64,000 bases of DNA from Octopus vulgaris (GCA_951406725.2 OX597815.1:127348001-127412000); one strand, 5' to 3'; counted from the first letter of the stretch, positions 39,271-54,351 are shown. A program made the numbers and translations. The notes: generated by a model not told the origin, from the sequence alone.

Positions 39271-40024
39271 CTTTGTGTGTGTGCATGTCTGTGCATGTGT
39301 TTGTGTGTGTCCAATGGTCTTGACATTTCATGACATGGAAATGAACATATTTTCCAATCTTCCATGGAAACATGCCTGACTATTGGAAAATATTGCCTTG
39401 CTTGGATTAGATGACAGATAGCAATGAAAAGGGCATCCAGCTATCTACCTCAAAAAATTTAATCTGGTTCATGCAGAAACTGGAAAATGGACATTAAACC
39501 AAATAACTGAGTCAATAATACCTAATCTGAGAAGGAATTAAATTCCAGATTGTTTACTAACTTCTGTTAAGGCTTTTAAACACAACACTACAAAATTTAG
39601 CCTCTTGAAAAAAAAAACACTGGTCAAACGGATTTTTAGTCACTTAACATGATAGAAACAGTTGCTAAATTTCCCTCAAATCACATCCAACCATGTCAAG
39701 TGAAAAAATTTTGGATAATGTATTCCAGAATGTGATGTGTCAGAAAAAATAAGTGTGATTGTCACAGTTGGAATACTTTTGGTCATAGTTCTACATAAAA
39801 AATAAACTAGGACTAAATAACAAGAACAACAACTAACACCTTTTACCTTCACAGTCAAGTGATTAATATTAGAATTGTCATTGGGCTGTAAAATACACTC
39901 CAACTATGCAAGTGTTTTGAATTTGAAAAATATAAAAATTAGTGAGAAGTAGGCCATAAAAACTTTGTTAAACATTCTGAAAAACAAGTTCTATTTCAAG
40001 CAAAAAAATCCAAAAATGTCTTAC

Positions 40025-40461
40025 CACGATAGTATTTTTATTGACTTCTCTTCCTTTTCCATTTATTTCAATTGTCTCTTGTGAAATATTGAAAATCAGC
40101 TTACTATTCAAGTCCTTGTCTGTAGCTTTTATTGAAGTAATATAAGAATTAATGGTTATGTTTTCATAAAGTTCTATATTTGTTTTACCCAGTATCAGTT
40201 CTGGTGTTTCATCATTAACGTCTTCTACAATGACATTTACTTCAGTAGTGGCTGTTTTAGATGGAGTTCCTCCGTCAGTGGCAAGAACGGTGAGATTGTA
40301 AAAGGATTTATCTTCACGGTTCAATTTACTGCTGAGAAAAATACTTCCATCCTCTGAATTTATGCGAAAGACACTGGTTTGTGTTTTTAGACGGAAGTTC
40401 ACCCGATTGAATGGACTTGTCTTATCATCATCTTTTGCAGTAACGTTTAAAAGCCAACTAT
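40025..40461 (-). CDS. Cadherin exon 5 (SWLLNVTAKDDD...LNRE...ATDGG...DVNDETP...ATDKD...NTIV)
   Basis: ttgcag/gtaag boundaries; ORF 39968..40513; 437 nt, phase 1 to 0. Confidence 0.95.
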
Positions 40462-41131
40462 CTGCAAGGAATATAATTAGAGAATATAAGAAAACAATTT
40501 TTACATGTTTCATTTACTAGATGTTACAATGGACTGATATTGTAAACCTTCTTTTCACAGAGTTAACAATTTGTACCTTGTTACTGACATTATACTGTCT
40601 CCATGGCTAAGACAGATAACACTTGCTTATCCAGTCTACCGGGATGTTAATAGATATTATATGCAGCAGTACCTATTGATGAATGTTTTACTTACAACTA
40701 AATAACTGGCTTCTAGCAAAGCCACAAATATAATTAGAAGAAACAATCAAATTAAACCAATTCCTTTATTTTATCAATCTAAGAAGGATGAAAGGCAAGT
40801 CTGGAATTATTTGACCTCAGATTAATTAAACATCACAAAGCTTTTATTTGACACCCTGCCAGTTTTTTAACTTCACTACCTTTCTGTATATAATTGATGA
40901 GTGTTTCATTTACTTAAAAGTATAAAAGTCAAACCCTTCCATGAGCATAGCTTGGAAACAACTGATTAATAGAAGTATACACCTAACTCTGCTTTCAATA
41001 CTTTCATGAAATAAGGGAATATTGATTAACTGAATTCTTAAATATGATATATTAACTTGATTTCTATTTGAATCAGCTGTAATGTATAATTATATATCAC
41101 AGTTGATTCAAATAGAAATCAAGTCAATATA

Positions 41132-42395
41132 TTGGGTTGGCAACTAAGTTCCCGCTGGTTTTTTAAATTTTGGAATTTATTTTGTTTTTAAAATTTGGAA
41201 TCTATTTTCTTCGAGAATTCTATTTTTGAATCATTTTGGAATCTATTTTGTTTTTTTTTCTATTTGAATGTAGTTAATTTTTGCTTATTTTTCAGATCAT
41301 TAAAATGGAATGTCAAGTTAAGAAAAATGCGCATTTTCAACACCTCCTTCTTTTTGCTTTTAATCAAGGTTCTAAGGACGCAAAAGCTGCTCGCAACATT
41401 TGTGCTGTGTATGGAGAGGGTGCCATAGCTGAAAGAACCACTCGTGATTGGTATGCCAAGTTCAAAAATGGAAACCTTGACCTCAAAGACACACCTCATT
41501 CTGGCGGTCCAGTTGAGTTCAAAGAGCAATTAAACCAACTTTTGCATGAAAATTCTCGTCAAACAACAAGGGAACTGGTAGAGAAAATGAAATGCTCCCA
41601 CACTGCTATAGCGAAGCACCTTCACTCAATGGGAAAAGTTCAGAAGTATGGAACATGGGTTCCGCATGCTTGAAGTGACAACAACAAAAATCAACGAGCC
41701 GCAATCTCCACTGGTTTGCTTGCTCATCACTGCTCAACTCATAGACACAAGCAACAATTTCTTTACTGAATCGTTACTGGTGACGAAAAATTGTGCCTGT
41801 ACATCAATATGAAGCAGCATAAGGAATGGCTTAGCCCTGGTAAACAAGTGACACCGTGCATGAAACAAGATCTTCATTCGCGTAAAACGATGTTGTGTAT
41901 ATGAATTGCTTGACTGAAACCAAACAGTCAACGCGGAACTCTATGTTCAACAGATGGAATGACTCAACACAGTTGTTCAAGAGAAAAGACCTAATCGGAA
42001 GCATGGAGTTCTTCTACTGCACGAGAACACCTGCCCTCATAACACCAATATGACCAAGGAAGCTATTCAAACGCAAGGCTAGGAAGTGCTGCCACACCCG
42101 CCATACTCTCTTGGTTTGGCACCAATGGATTTCCACCCCTATCGATCTCTTTGAAATGCTATGCGTGGAGTTTCATTCAATATTGATGCAGAATTGAGAG
42201 CTTGGTTGGATCAATTTTTCGAGTCGAAATCTGGTGATTTCTACCAACGAGGTATTGAAAATCTTGTTGAACTTTGGGAAGAAGGTGTAAACAATAAGGG
42301 TGAATATATTATTGATTAATTAGTTGTTAATTTTTATGAAACCTTTTAAAAAATTTAAATTTAAAAAAGCGGCGGGAACTTAGTTGCCAACCTAA
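41132..42395 (+). mobile_element. Mariner DNA transposon (mellifera-like), transposase pseudogene 41305-42319
   Basis: TIRs ttgggttggcaactaagttcccgc / gcgggaacttagttgccaacctaa with TA on both sides; WVPHA*, IVTGDEK, HPPYSLGLAP; several stops. Confidence 0.93.
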
Positions 42396-44252
42396 TACAA
42401 ATTAAGTTCTGATGTTAAGCCTTAGGTTGTTTTTCAGGAATGCTACAGAAAGTATTATATATCTATAAATAGAATGTCTTTCAAATAAAGAATTTATTTG
42501 TATACTAAATTTGAATGAAAAATTATCATGGAATTTTTTGGGTCCAGATGTCAATGCCATACATATAGAGCCAAAAGAGCAATTACCCCAAACCCCTTGA
42601 TAGAGAAACCTCTTTCCAGGCCTCTTAGTGGGTAATCACAATAAGATTGGATGGAGTTGGCATAATGTTAGCAAAGAAATAAATAAAGTAGAGATAGTCA
42701 GATAATGTTAAAGAATAATTAAGCTTAGACTGGACATAATGAAAAATAACCACAATAGATCTCGCCAAACACACACCACAAATAGAGCTGGGAGATGAAC
42801 AGAAGGATAACTTCCATCCATCCATCCATCCACCCACCCACTACCACCCATCCATTCATCCATACATACATAGATATATATTTTTGGCCTTCTAGCTTAA
42901 ATTGTCTTACTTAAATCTTCATCTACTGCTGCCCACCTCTCTGTTACACTCTCATTTTTCTATCACTAATCTTTCAGTACTCCTCATCCTCTTCCCACTC
43001 CTCCTCTCTGCTAGTCATTGTATTATCACTCTGCTTCTGCCATCATACTCTTGCTTCTTTTACCCACTCATCCTGGTTCTTCTGTTATCACTTTTTCTCC
43101 TATCAGCCTTGGTCACACTGCCTAGAACGAATGGTGATACAGTAGAGTAGCAAGGATGCAAAGTATCTTGAAGAGGCACAAGACAAACTCACTACTGCTG
43201 GTGTCACAATATTATGCACCCAGAAAATTCAGTGAAATGGGTGGTAAACAAGTAGAGACAATAAACAGTTGAGAAGACAACTTCTCTAATGTTGATGCCA
43301 TGAAAAAATGCACCAACTACACTTTGTAAAGCACTTGGTGTTAGAAAAGGCATCCATCCACAAAGACTATGTCAAATATAGAACACTTGAGTGAAATGTA
43401 GAGGATAATAATTCTGGATTAGAAGTGACAGGAATCAGGACAACCTGGATGACAATCAGAGAATTTGAATTTTAAATTTCATGGAGATAAAATTCAGTGT
43501 TTGTATAATTAATGGTACATACTTCCCAGTCAGATTATACATAAACTACAAATGTGCAGAATTAATTATCTAGTGGTACAGATTTTATATTTTTCTTGTG
43601 TGTCAATCAAAGTACTGCACTAAGATTAACATATCTAACTTCAATTACAATCACCATGACGTTATCATCAACATAAGACGACATAACAGTCTACTTCAAG
43701 CAGAATATCTCACTAAAATACCCATTTTCAGTTGTAATAAGTTCAGAAACAATGCATATAGAAATGGTAATCATTTACTACTCTAACACATTCGTTTTGT
43801 AATTGGAACAGTGTCACAAGCTTCCTGAATTAGTGAACCAAATCAAATTTCATCACAACAAAGATATATTAAGAATTGTTCCATGTGCCTATTTCATACA
43901 GAATGATGTTCAAAATAAATTGAAGGAAGGTTTCAGTAGTAACCCAATGACTTACTCAGGGTTACAGATTGTTATTAATACTTTCTTACATAAAGAAATA
44001 AAAATATTATGACTTTATATTTAAAATTCAAAAGGGCAATGAATTAGCAGAAACAATAGATTGTCAAACAGAATTCTAATAAGGATATGGGCACACTGTT
44101 AAGATTTCCAGACTGAGTTCAAAACCTTATAGCCAAATGGCTACATGGTTAAGAAGCTGATTTGTAATCACATAATTCCAAATTCATTTAAGCTGATTCT
44201 CTTACTAACTGTGTTAGTATTTGTTTCCATTATTTTAATAACCTAATATATG

Positions 44253-45010
44253 TTAGAAGCTTCTGTAGTTACTTCTTCCCAAAGCATCTCCTTTGTCCCT
44301 GTACCAGTTGATAACTATATAGCTATGCCAGTTACTGGGTATGACACCTCCCTTTATAACCTGGTTGATTGTATAAGTGACTAGCTTGAGCCATACTTCA
44401 CCAGGCAGGGTCTCTATATGGTGTACATGAGAACTATGGATGCAAAAATGTGTTCTGGATTCACAGGCAGGTTGGCAGTGAATAAAATCTTTGTATGTAG
44501 CCTGCATACAAGAGTGGTTAGTAGTCATAACAATAACAAAATAAATTCTTTTCAATGCTTGAAAGCCTCTATTACCTAGGAAACTTGATCAGCAGTGGAG
44601 AAGAATGCTCCGAAAATACAGTACCCAAAATGAGAACAGAGTAGAAAATTTTCAAGGAATATTATCTCTTTTGGCAACAAGAGGATTCTCTCTTCTAGCA
44701 AGGAGAAGATTGCATGCTGCTTGTTTATGAAGTAAATTATTGCATGGTAGAAAGATATGGGCAATTAACACAGAAGATGTGCAAAGATTGATAGAAAATA
44801 TAGCGAGCATGCTCCACTGTATGTGTAATGTTAGTATGCATGGTACAGTTGAGTTGAGATATAAACTAGATATAAAAAGAATATCTTGTAGTGTGAAAGA
44901 ATGACAACTGTGTTGGTACAGACATGCATATGGAGGATAACAGATGATCTTTTTATGAAGAAGATGATGACAAAGGAAAGTAAGAAAGGGTGAGATGCAA
45001 TTAATGATAT
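44253..45010. mobile_element. Old RTE fragments in opposite orientations
   Basis: Minus 44253-44400 VIPSNW..KGDALGRSNYR; plus about 44650-45010 post-RT remnants. Confidence 0.55.
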
Positions 45011-45556
45011 TCAAAAGGATCTATCCAATCCAAATATGTACAATAATGTGAGTGTGTGTTGTGTATGCTGATGCAAACTAGATGTATCAAGTTGCATCCT
45101 GTTATTTCAAAAGTTAAATGAGCTGTTTGATGAAAAGAGATCAAATAACTAAATTGAAAATAAGGCAGTGCCCCAGTCTGACTGCAATTTATTTACAGAA
45201 ACTAGTAAAAGAATAACAGATGAAAATTGTGCAGAAGTCCATCATAATGGGGTAGTAGACTTAATGTCACCTGGATTAAGCTCTTGGGTATCCTTAGCTG
45301 AGTCCTTTCTGTTGAAAGCATTCAGCGTAAGTCTCTGAACATAAATTTCCTGTCAGCATCCTTTTAAAAGGTCTGCCATGCTACTTTTCCTTAATTAATA
45401 AAAGACATCACTAAAAGTTCTATAAAATAGACCATGCAATAAACTAGTATCACTTCTGCTCACTATATTCCTCCTTTCCAGAAGGAAACACCATTTAAAA
45501 ATTAATAGTGTAAAAATTAAAAACAATGAAAATATAATTAATAAATATAAACAAAC

Positions 45557-45629
45557 CTTCAGTTAAATTTTCTTTTATTGATATATTATAAGAACTTTCT
45601 TGGAACTGAGGCCCATTGTCATTTACATC
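45557..45629 (-). CDS. Cadherin exon 4 (DVNDNGPQFQESSYNISIKENLTE)
   Basis: ctgtag acceptor, gtttgt donor; DxNDNxP linker motif; 73 nt, phase 0 to 1 fits both neighbours. Confidence 0.9.
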
Positions 45630-46289
45630 CTACAGAACAGTTTACAGATAAAAAACACAGTTAGAAAAGTAAGCAAAGATTTGTTAAGAGGAAGAAAAGC
45701 ATTCAGCAATAACAATATCTTACATTATGAAAACAACAAACATACCATTGGCACATTTTATACCTTGACTGTGCAACAGTTTCAATCTTCATGTCAATGC
45801 ATCAGATATAAATTATCTAGGAGCATTTCTTTAAAGGAATATTATACTAGGAATGACATAATATGAAAATATATAATTTTGTGTATATAACATAATTTTG
45901 TTGTGCACCTGTCTTTGAAATGACATGTTTTAAAATATATTCACAGCTCAATTGCCATATATATTATACAGAAAACAACCTGATAGCAATATAATATTCA
46001 TTATGATCTATTATATACAAGATCATAGCACTGGAAAAAGTACCATGTGATATCTGTACCAGCCCTTTACATTCTTAGTTTAAATCCTATTGAAGTTAAC
46101 TTTGCCTATTATTCTGAGATGAATAAAATAAAGTACCACTCAAATACTGGCATCAACGTAATCAATTAACCCCATTCCTCAAAAATTGCTGGCCTTGTAT
46201 CTCAGATTAAAAACAACAATATTAATATGCAATACAAGTCCTAAGAAATATATATAAAGTTTTATAATTACAAGTTTTATAGTTATATT

Positions 46290-49200
46290 GGGCTGAGAAT
46301 CCACCAAGGGAAGGTGTGCCAGAATAAAGTAATTCAACAACGAGGGTTGATAAACCATAAGACGTGTGGCCAGAACCCCCGGAAAATAACCATAGCGAGG
46401 TTCATTCTACAGTTGAATTGGAACAGTCAAAAAGACTGATAGGCATGAAGATGACAACGGTTAAGTGGCTGAAAGCAAATGATGCGGCGAGTTATAAAAA
46501 ATTTGACGACGAGGTAGCAAGAATGACCACCAAATTCAAAGGCGACGACAAACAAAAGCTCGAAAACCTGGCTAATACAATCTACCAGGAAGGAGAGAAA
46601 AGATTTGGACTGGAAACAACAGGGAAGGTAGAATCAACAGCAAAGAGCGGACCATCGAGGAGAGAAAGACGGATCGCAAACATTCGAGAAGAGAAGAAAA
46701 AACTCAGAACCAGATGGAGGGATGCAAAGGAGGAGGAAAGGGAAGGGCTAAAGCAGCTATATGAAGCGATAAAAAAAAGCAAACAAAGAAGGAGGAGCAG
46801 AAGAAAGGAGAGAGAAAAAAAACTATTGTAGCTTTGTGAACAATCCCTATCAATATGCGAAACATCTATTTACTGAAAGTAAAAGCGGAAAATTGGATTG
46901 CACGAAAGAAGAGCTCAAACAACATCTGAAAGAGACATACAGCGACTCTGACAGAAATGAAGTACTCCCAGAAATGCACGGACTGAAGAAACCACCTGAA
47001 CAAAGAGTACCATTTGATTTGAGTGACATCAAACGGAAAGAAATGGATGAGTTCATAAGGAAAGCAAGAGCAAAAAGTGCACCAGGTAACGATGGAGTGA
47101 GCTACAAGGTATACAAATATTGCCCAAAATTACGATTACAGCTGTTTGCACTGATAATAGAAATGTGGAAGAAGAAAGATGTAGCAGAGCAATGGTGTAT
47201 AGCCGAAGGTATCTATCTACCTAAAGAAAAAGAGGTAAAAACACTAGGCCAATTTAGACCAATTTCACTACTAAATACAGACGGGAAAATCATGTTCGGA
47301 ATAATTGCTAGACGAATCATAAGATTCATACAGCAAAACGGATACGTTAATGAAGTGATTCAAAAAGCAGGAATCCCCAGAATCCCTGGGTGCATAGAAC
47401 ATGCATTTTCCATCTGGGAAGCCATCACCTGTGCAAAACAAATGAAGAAAAACCTATATATTGTTTGGCTAGATCTTGCCAATGCTTATGGATCTGTTCC
47501 GCACGCAATAATAAAAACAGCGATGGACTTCTTTCGGATTCCAAAATATGTTCAACGAATGCTCATGTCGTACTACGACAACCTGAGGATGAGATTTACA
47601 GCAGGGAAGTTCGCAACGGAGTGGCAACAGCTTGAAATAGGTATTGCAGCCGGATGCACCATATCAGTCATATTCGTGCTAGTCATGGAAATGCTACTCA
47701 GATCTACAAACTGTGAGAAAGCTGTTACAAAGATACCATTAAGGGCTTTTATGGACGACGTAACTATATTATCGGAAAGTAGAGAAGCAGCAGAGGGAAC
47801 GTTAGAGCAGTTGGACGAACTGATAGGATGGGCAAGGATGAAATTCAAAGCCAAAAAATCTCGAAGCATGGCTTTCGTGAAAGGAAGGCAAGAAGAAGTG
47901 AAATTCAGGATAGGAAGGGAAGACATACCAAAGGTGAAAGAACAACCAGTAAAGAGTCTCGGCAGATGGTATAGAAATTTATTAAATGATAAGAAGCAAG
48001 GGAAAGAAACACACGAGTTAGTAGAACAAGGATTAAAGGCAATTGACAGAACAACGCTGCCAGGAAAATTCAAATATTGGATACTGCAATTTGGGCTGTA
48101 CCCAAGAATAATGTGGCCATTGCAAATGTACGAAATAGCCTCGAGTAGAGTAGAAGGGATGGAGCAAAGATGCAGTGTGTTTATCAGAAAATGGCTTGGT
48201 CTGCCGAAACCACTGAATACAACTGCACTATATGGAAAACCCGTGCTGCAACTACCAATAACATCAATCGCCGAAGAATATAAGGCAGGGAAGGCAAGGA
48301 CAGTAATGATGCTAAGGTATTCAAAAGATCAGAGCATCCGGGAAAACCCTCCAAAGGTACGAACAGGGTGGAAATGGAAGGCTGAAGAGGCAGTAAACAG
48401 GGCGATCGGAAAACTAAAGTACGCAGATATAGTCGGAGCGATGCAAGAGCTAGAACCGGCCTAGGGTCGCAAAATTTCAGGCCATTTTGTAAGAGCAGTG
48501 TAAAAGAGATGAAAGAGGCAGTGGTATACGAAGTGAGAAAGGAGGAAGAAGAAAGGCAAAATGTACATTTGGTGCAATGCAGTCAACAGGGACAGTGCCT
48601 GAGATGGGAGGAATATGTGATCAACCGCAGAATATTATGGAAGGAACTTTGGGTTTGGGAACAAGCAAGAACATCCTTCCTGATCAAGTCTACCTTCGAC
48701 GTTCAACCCTCACCGGCGAACTTAGTCCGGTGGAACATAAACAAAACCGATGAGTGTCGATGCAGAGAGAAAGCGACGGTTAGACATGTTCTGTCAAGTT
48801 GCAGACTAGCACTTGAAAGATATACATGGCGGCATAATCAAGTCCTTGGTGTCATAAGCGCAGCACTCAAGGAGAAGATCGAGAGGTACAATAGGGGAGA
48901 GTACCCAAAAGTAGAAAAGCACAGGAAAGTATACTTCCACAAGGAGAGAAAAGGTTATAAAACCAGGCCTACAAGTAAAGTATACGAGATAGACGAAAGA
49001 TGGAAGGGATACTGGGAGGTGGCCACGGACTTGGAAAGACAAGTAGTATTTCCACTAATAAAAACAACAAAAGGACCGGATTTAGTTCTATGGAACAGAG
49101 ACCGGAGAATGGGAATTTTACTAGAACTGACAGTACCTTGGGAAGAGAACATCGGCAATGCAGAGGAATGAAAGGAGAAGAGGTATGAAAAGCTAATCGA

Positions 49201-49815
49201 AGAATTCAGAGAACAGGGATGGAATGTCGAATATTATCACCTGGCAGTGGGGGCTAGAGGCTTCATTGAAAAGAAAATGACAATGCTTTACAAAAGAAGA
49301 TTTGTTTTTTCTAGCCCCGAGCTGCGTAAACTAATAAGGAGAGTACAGGAGGCGGTCGAAAAAGCCAGCTTCTATATATGGCTGAAGCGGGAAGACCAAA
49401 AATGGCTTGAAAGTCATAAACATGCCGACGGGAAATAACATCATTAGGTGAGACAAGCTGACTGAATCAGCTGACTGACAGGTGACGGTCGTTTAGAAAA
49501 AGCGCGGGCTAAAACTACGCACCTTCACTAGTCAGTTAAGGTGAGACAGTGTCACGTGACAACTTGCTGGGGTTGCCTGCTGGAGCCTATGCGGCAGATA
49601 TTTAAAGGGAGAAATTTGACAAGACAGTCAGTCACTGGCTGACACTCGCTGACAATACATCGAAGAGGCCAGGGAACAGAAGAAAGAAGACATGCACCCA
49701 ACGCCAGAGCTGAAGACACCTCCGAAAGGGGGGACCCCACCACGTCAAAACGGTAGAGGAGTAGTAACTGGATCCTATAAAGGAGCTGTTGTGGTAGCAG
49801 ACCATGAAACACAAT
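46290..49815 (+). mobile_element. HERO-like non-LTR retrotransposon (RT + CCHC + restriction-like endonuclease), slightly 5'-truncated
   Basis: 542 aa open RT (FRPISLLN, WLDLANAYGSVPH, GIAAGCTIS, AFMDD), RHNQVL, PDLVL..ELTVPWE, VGARGF; about 2 frameshifts and 1 in-frame TGA at 49169. Confidence 0.9.
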
Positions 49816-51482
49816 TGTAATTCCCCAAGTGCAAGTCTTTAGTTTCCTGATTATCCAAAGATCTGATGTACTATTAACAAATACACAATTTAAGTAAATA
49901 GGCCGACAATAAACTATTAATCATAAAATCTTAAATAAATGAAACTCATTTGTAGAAAAATTAATTCTTGAGTTCTATCTATTTGTTAAGTGATTTAATC
50001 TGAGATAGTGGATTGTAACCAAAGCAAGTCCATCATTACAAAGTCATTGTAACCAGTAATAACACTCTCCCATTCTTTTTACTGTGGCTTTTGTTAACCA
50101 CTTCCTTTATTATGCTATATTTTTTCTTTAAATGATTTTCAAATTTTTATGTTTTGAACATCAGAGATTTAGAATCTACCAAATTTTTCAGTTAATTTTT
50201 TTTTAACAGAAATTCTTTGAGGTTAAGGGATTTACAGTCACAATACATTTTTTGGTGAATAAATATATTTTATCTGTATTTCAAATATATTTATAATTAT
50301 ATTTCCATTCCTAATACATTAAAATTGAAATAACAGCATCTTCAATTTTCAGAAAGTAAAATAACTGTTACTTTCAAATACAAACAAAAACTATGTATAT
50401 ATTTTCAATGCAAATGAAATATATTGACACACATTCAATATATTGTTGGTGTAAATAACCAAACAGTTATCTGTTTCTGATTAAGAAAAAATTTGTTTCT
50501 TATAGATTTTGAATCTCTTATGTTCAAAGCTTAAAAACGTTTGAAAATGGTATTCATTATTTCCAAAAATATAGCATAACAGTTGGAGGTAAGTTTTAAA
50601 AATTCAATTGTAAAGTAAATGAGAATACTAAAAATGAACCCAACCCTGCCCAAAAATTAAGTAAAAATAATCAGAAAAATTATCCAGAATCCTTGTCCAG
50701 TACTGGATCAATCTCAAAATCTAATCAGTTCATTCTAGTCACAAGGTAAAACATCCCTGAAAGTTTCATCCAAATTTATCCAGCGGTTCTTAAGATATTT
50801 TTCCACAGACAAACCAACATGACTAAAAACAATACCTCCACTTTCGCTAAGGCACAGGTAATAAGTACCAAACACTCACACACTGTCACATTCACTGTTA
50901 CTTTATCATTATTTCATAATAACAGTAGTTTCTAATTTAGGCACAAGGCCAGAAGTTTTAAGTGAAGGAAGCTAGTTGGTACCAAAGTATTGATTGGTAC
51001 TTTATTTGATTAATCTGAAAGGATAAACAGCAAAGTTGATTTGGTAAGATTTGAACACAGAAAATAAAGAGCTAGAAGATACATCACATAGCATAATTGT
51101 TTTTCAGTCCTCTAACAATTCAACCAGTTCACTGCTTTATTATTTTGTAATATTAATATATATTCTCAAGCTTCAAAGTTTTGATTATACATCTACAACT
51201 TGGTTATTTAGATACAATAAATACCTAATAGAATATTTTTTAAATTACACAATACTAATATGTGTGTATGTATGTACATGTTTGTATATATGTGTATAAC
51301 ATCATCATCATCTAACATCCATTTTCCATGATGATGGTGATGATGATGATGATGATGATATATATGCACACACATACGTGTACATGCACATACATACACC
51401 CACATTATTAATATGCTATAACATATAAATATACATTTATGCATGTTTGTCTGCATATACATGCATGCATGCATGTACGTAA

Positions 51483-54170
51483 ATCATTCTACTGGGGGAT
51501 TTCAATGCCAGGGTTGGAATAGACTGGTAAACATGGAACTCTCTAAGACATTTTGGAGTAGGAAAAATGAATAGCAATGGTTTCATGCAGCTGGAGCTCT
51601 ATGATGAACATGGACTTCACATCGCAAGCACTCATTATGCACAAAGTTGATCACACAACAACGTGGATGCATCCAATGTCTAAAGTTTGGTACTTGCTGG
51701 ATTATGTCATCATCCACAAGTGTGACATCTATAACAGTTGTAATGTCAAGTCCTTTCATGTATCGAAATGCTGGACAGACCACAGTCTGGTGCAAGCAAA
51801 GTTCCTGATGATGATTAGAGTGAAAAAGAAGAGGGTCCGTCAGCATTCTTCGGTGTCTGAATGTCCACAAGATATATGATGTTGTGTTGAGGAAAGAGCT
51901 TCAGACTCACTTGTCCAGCATTGAAAATAGAAAATACTGCAGTGCTGCTAAAACACTGAAATATACTACTGCCAGACACAGAGACTGGTTTGATGAAAAT
52001 GATGCTGAAGTGCCATGTCCACAATGTATTGCTACACAGAGGACCGTCCTCTGTGCAGCAAAATCTAGCACTTGCCCACTTCAGCAGTGTAAAATCACTA
52101 CTGCAGCAATCTCTCAGGAAGATGCAGAAAATTTAGTAGGAGGATCTTGCTAGTGATATTCAGGCTGATGCAAATGACAGTAAGAAGCTTTACCCTCTTA
52201 TGAAGCAAGTTTATGGGCCTTAGAGCTCTACATCAGCTCCTTTGCTTTCTAAGGAGTCTTCCACTCTATTTACTAAATCAACAGAAATCACCAGTCACGG
52301 GATCAAACACTTCTCTGAACTCCTAAACCATGAGTCAGTTGTAGATGAAACGGTGATTGATACTATGCAACAAAGACCTATCATTGGCTCCTTAAATTCC
52401 ACGCCCTCAATAGTTGAAGTAATGACATCAATAAGTAAATTGAATCTTGATAGGGCACCTGACAAGGGTGGAATTTGTGCTGAGGTCTTGCGATTTGGTG
52501 GTGATTACATTATACAGTCCCTTCATGAACTTATTAGTGCAGTCTGGAGGGATGGTACAATATCTAAGGACTGTAAGGATGCAATTATTCTTCCTCTCTA
52601 TAAAGGAAAAGGAGCCAGAACAATGTGAGGTAACTACAGAGGTATTGCTCTACTATCAGTTGCTGGCAATTTTCTGGCAAATATTCTTCTTACCCGCATG
52701 AATGAGTGTCTCATAAATTATGTCCTATCTGAATCTCAATGTGGCTTCCGATCTTGTAGAAGGACAATGGATATGATTTTTACAGCAAGACAGATGCAGA
52801 AGTGCTATGAGCAGAATATGGATCTTGTCCAGGTATTCATTGATTTATCAAAGGCCTTTGATACTGTAAATAGGGCCTTTCTATGGAAAATACTTGGCAA
52901 ACTTGGATGTCTGGATCACTTTGTATCTATAATTAAATCATTTCATTATGGAATGGAGGCTTGGGTCAATGTTGGAGGTGGCATGGCAGGACCCTTTCCA
53001 ATAAAGAATGGTGTCAAGCAGGGTGAAATCCTTGCCCCAACTCTCTTTTCTTTGTATTTTGCTGCTGCTTTTACTCATGCTCTTGCTAAGGTTAGCTCTC
53101 TGGGAATATATGTCAGATATCAATCTTCTGCCACCTCTTTAATCTGTGCCAATTTGCTGCCAATTCAAAAGTTTCCGAGTATCTTATTCGTGACCTCCTT
53201 TATGCAGATGACTGTGACTTAGTCACTCATATAGTGAATGGCATACAAATACTTATGAATTGTATTTCTGCTTTTTGCAAGGCATTTGGACTCAGCATTA
53301 GCCTGGACAAGACTGTTGTTATGTGCCAGCATGTACCATGAAATCCATATGTGGAACCAGCTATCTTGATTGAAGGAACAATTTTGGAAGAAGTAGACAA
53401 GTTTGTCTACCTGGGCAGCACACTCAACCATTCTTGCTTCTTGGATGATGAAATATCTTTCAAGCTGCAGAGAGCAACTGACTCCTTCTGGTCTCTTAAG
53501 TCTTGTTTCTGGTCCCAGCATGGCATCACAAAGCAAACAAAAATTGCTGTGTACCGTTAATGTGTACTGATATTGATCCTTTACTCATTTGAGACATGGA
53601 CTCTTTACAAACGTCATGTAAGAGTCTTTGAATGCTTTCATCAGAGATGTCTCAGACACATTCTGAATGTTAGCTGGATCATAAAAACTCCAGACACACA
53701 GGTCCTGAGGACAGCTGATATCTTGAGTATTTAGGCAATGGTGCACAGATACCTTATTAGAATGAAGAATAGCAGGATCCCTAAGCAGATGCTAAATGGG
53801 AAACTTATGAATGAACAGAGGCTGCGATTTAAGGAGTGTATCAAATCCTCATAAAAGGCCTGTGATATGCAAGAGACTGACTGGGAGAACGATGCCTGTC
53901 ATTGCCACAGATGGAGGAAGCAGGTTGAGGAAGGGATCAACACTTTTGAGAGAGAACGTATTCTGGATGAAGAAATTAAGTGTGCTGCTCAAAAGTGCAC
54001 TACTGGTGTAGTGAATGGGGAAAGCTTGGTCTGCAATATTTGCAGTCATGTATGTTTGACAAGAGCAGGGCTCATTAGCCATTAACGGAGCCACAAATGC
54101 AAAATATAAGTTAGTCCTAGAGCACACAATGTTCCTGAAGGTCAGCAATGGTCTTCCTCGGTCATCATCA
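51483..54170 (+). mobile_element. RTE (BovB-like) LINE, decayed
   Basis: ILLGDFNARVG, SQCGFR, FIDLSKAFDTV, GVKQGEILAPTLF, YADD, FVYLGS, terminal CxxC..GLISH zinc finger. Confidence 0.9.
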
Positions 54171-54351
54171 TGTATGTATGCATTTATGGATGTCATTATT
54201 TAGTCTATTTCAAGATTTCTTGCCAATAGAGAAAGAACCAGTTTCTAACCTAGATCCAAGGTTCCTTCATTGGAATTTCAGCATCAACAACAAGGTATTT
54301 TTGTTTGTATGTATGTATGTATGTATGTATGTATGTATGTATGTATGTATG

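Noticed and set aside
41281-42319. SETMAR-like host gene
   Set aside because: No SET domain, multiple stops, bounded by TIRs and TA duplication: an ordinary mariner fossil
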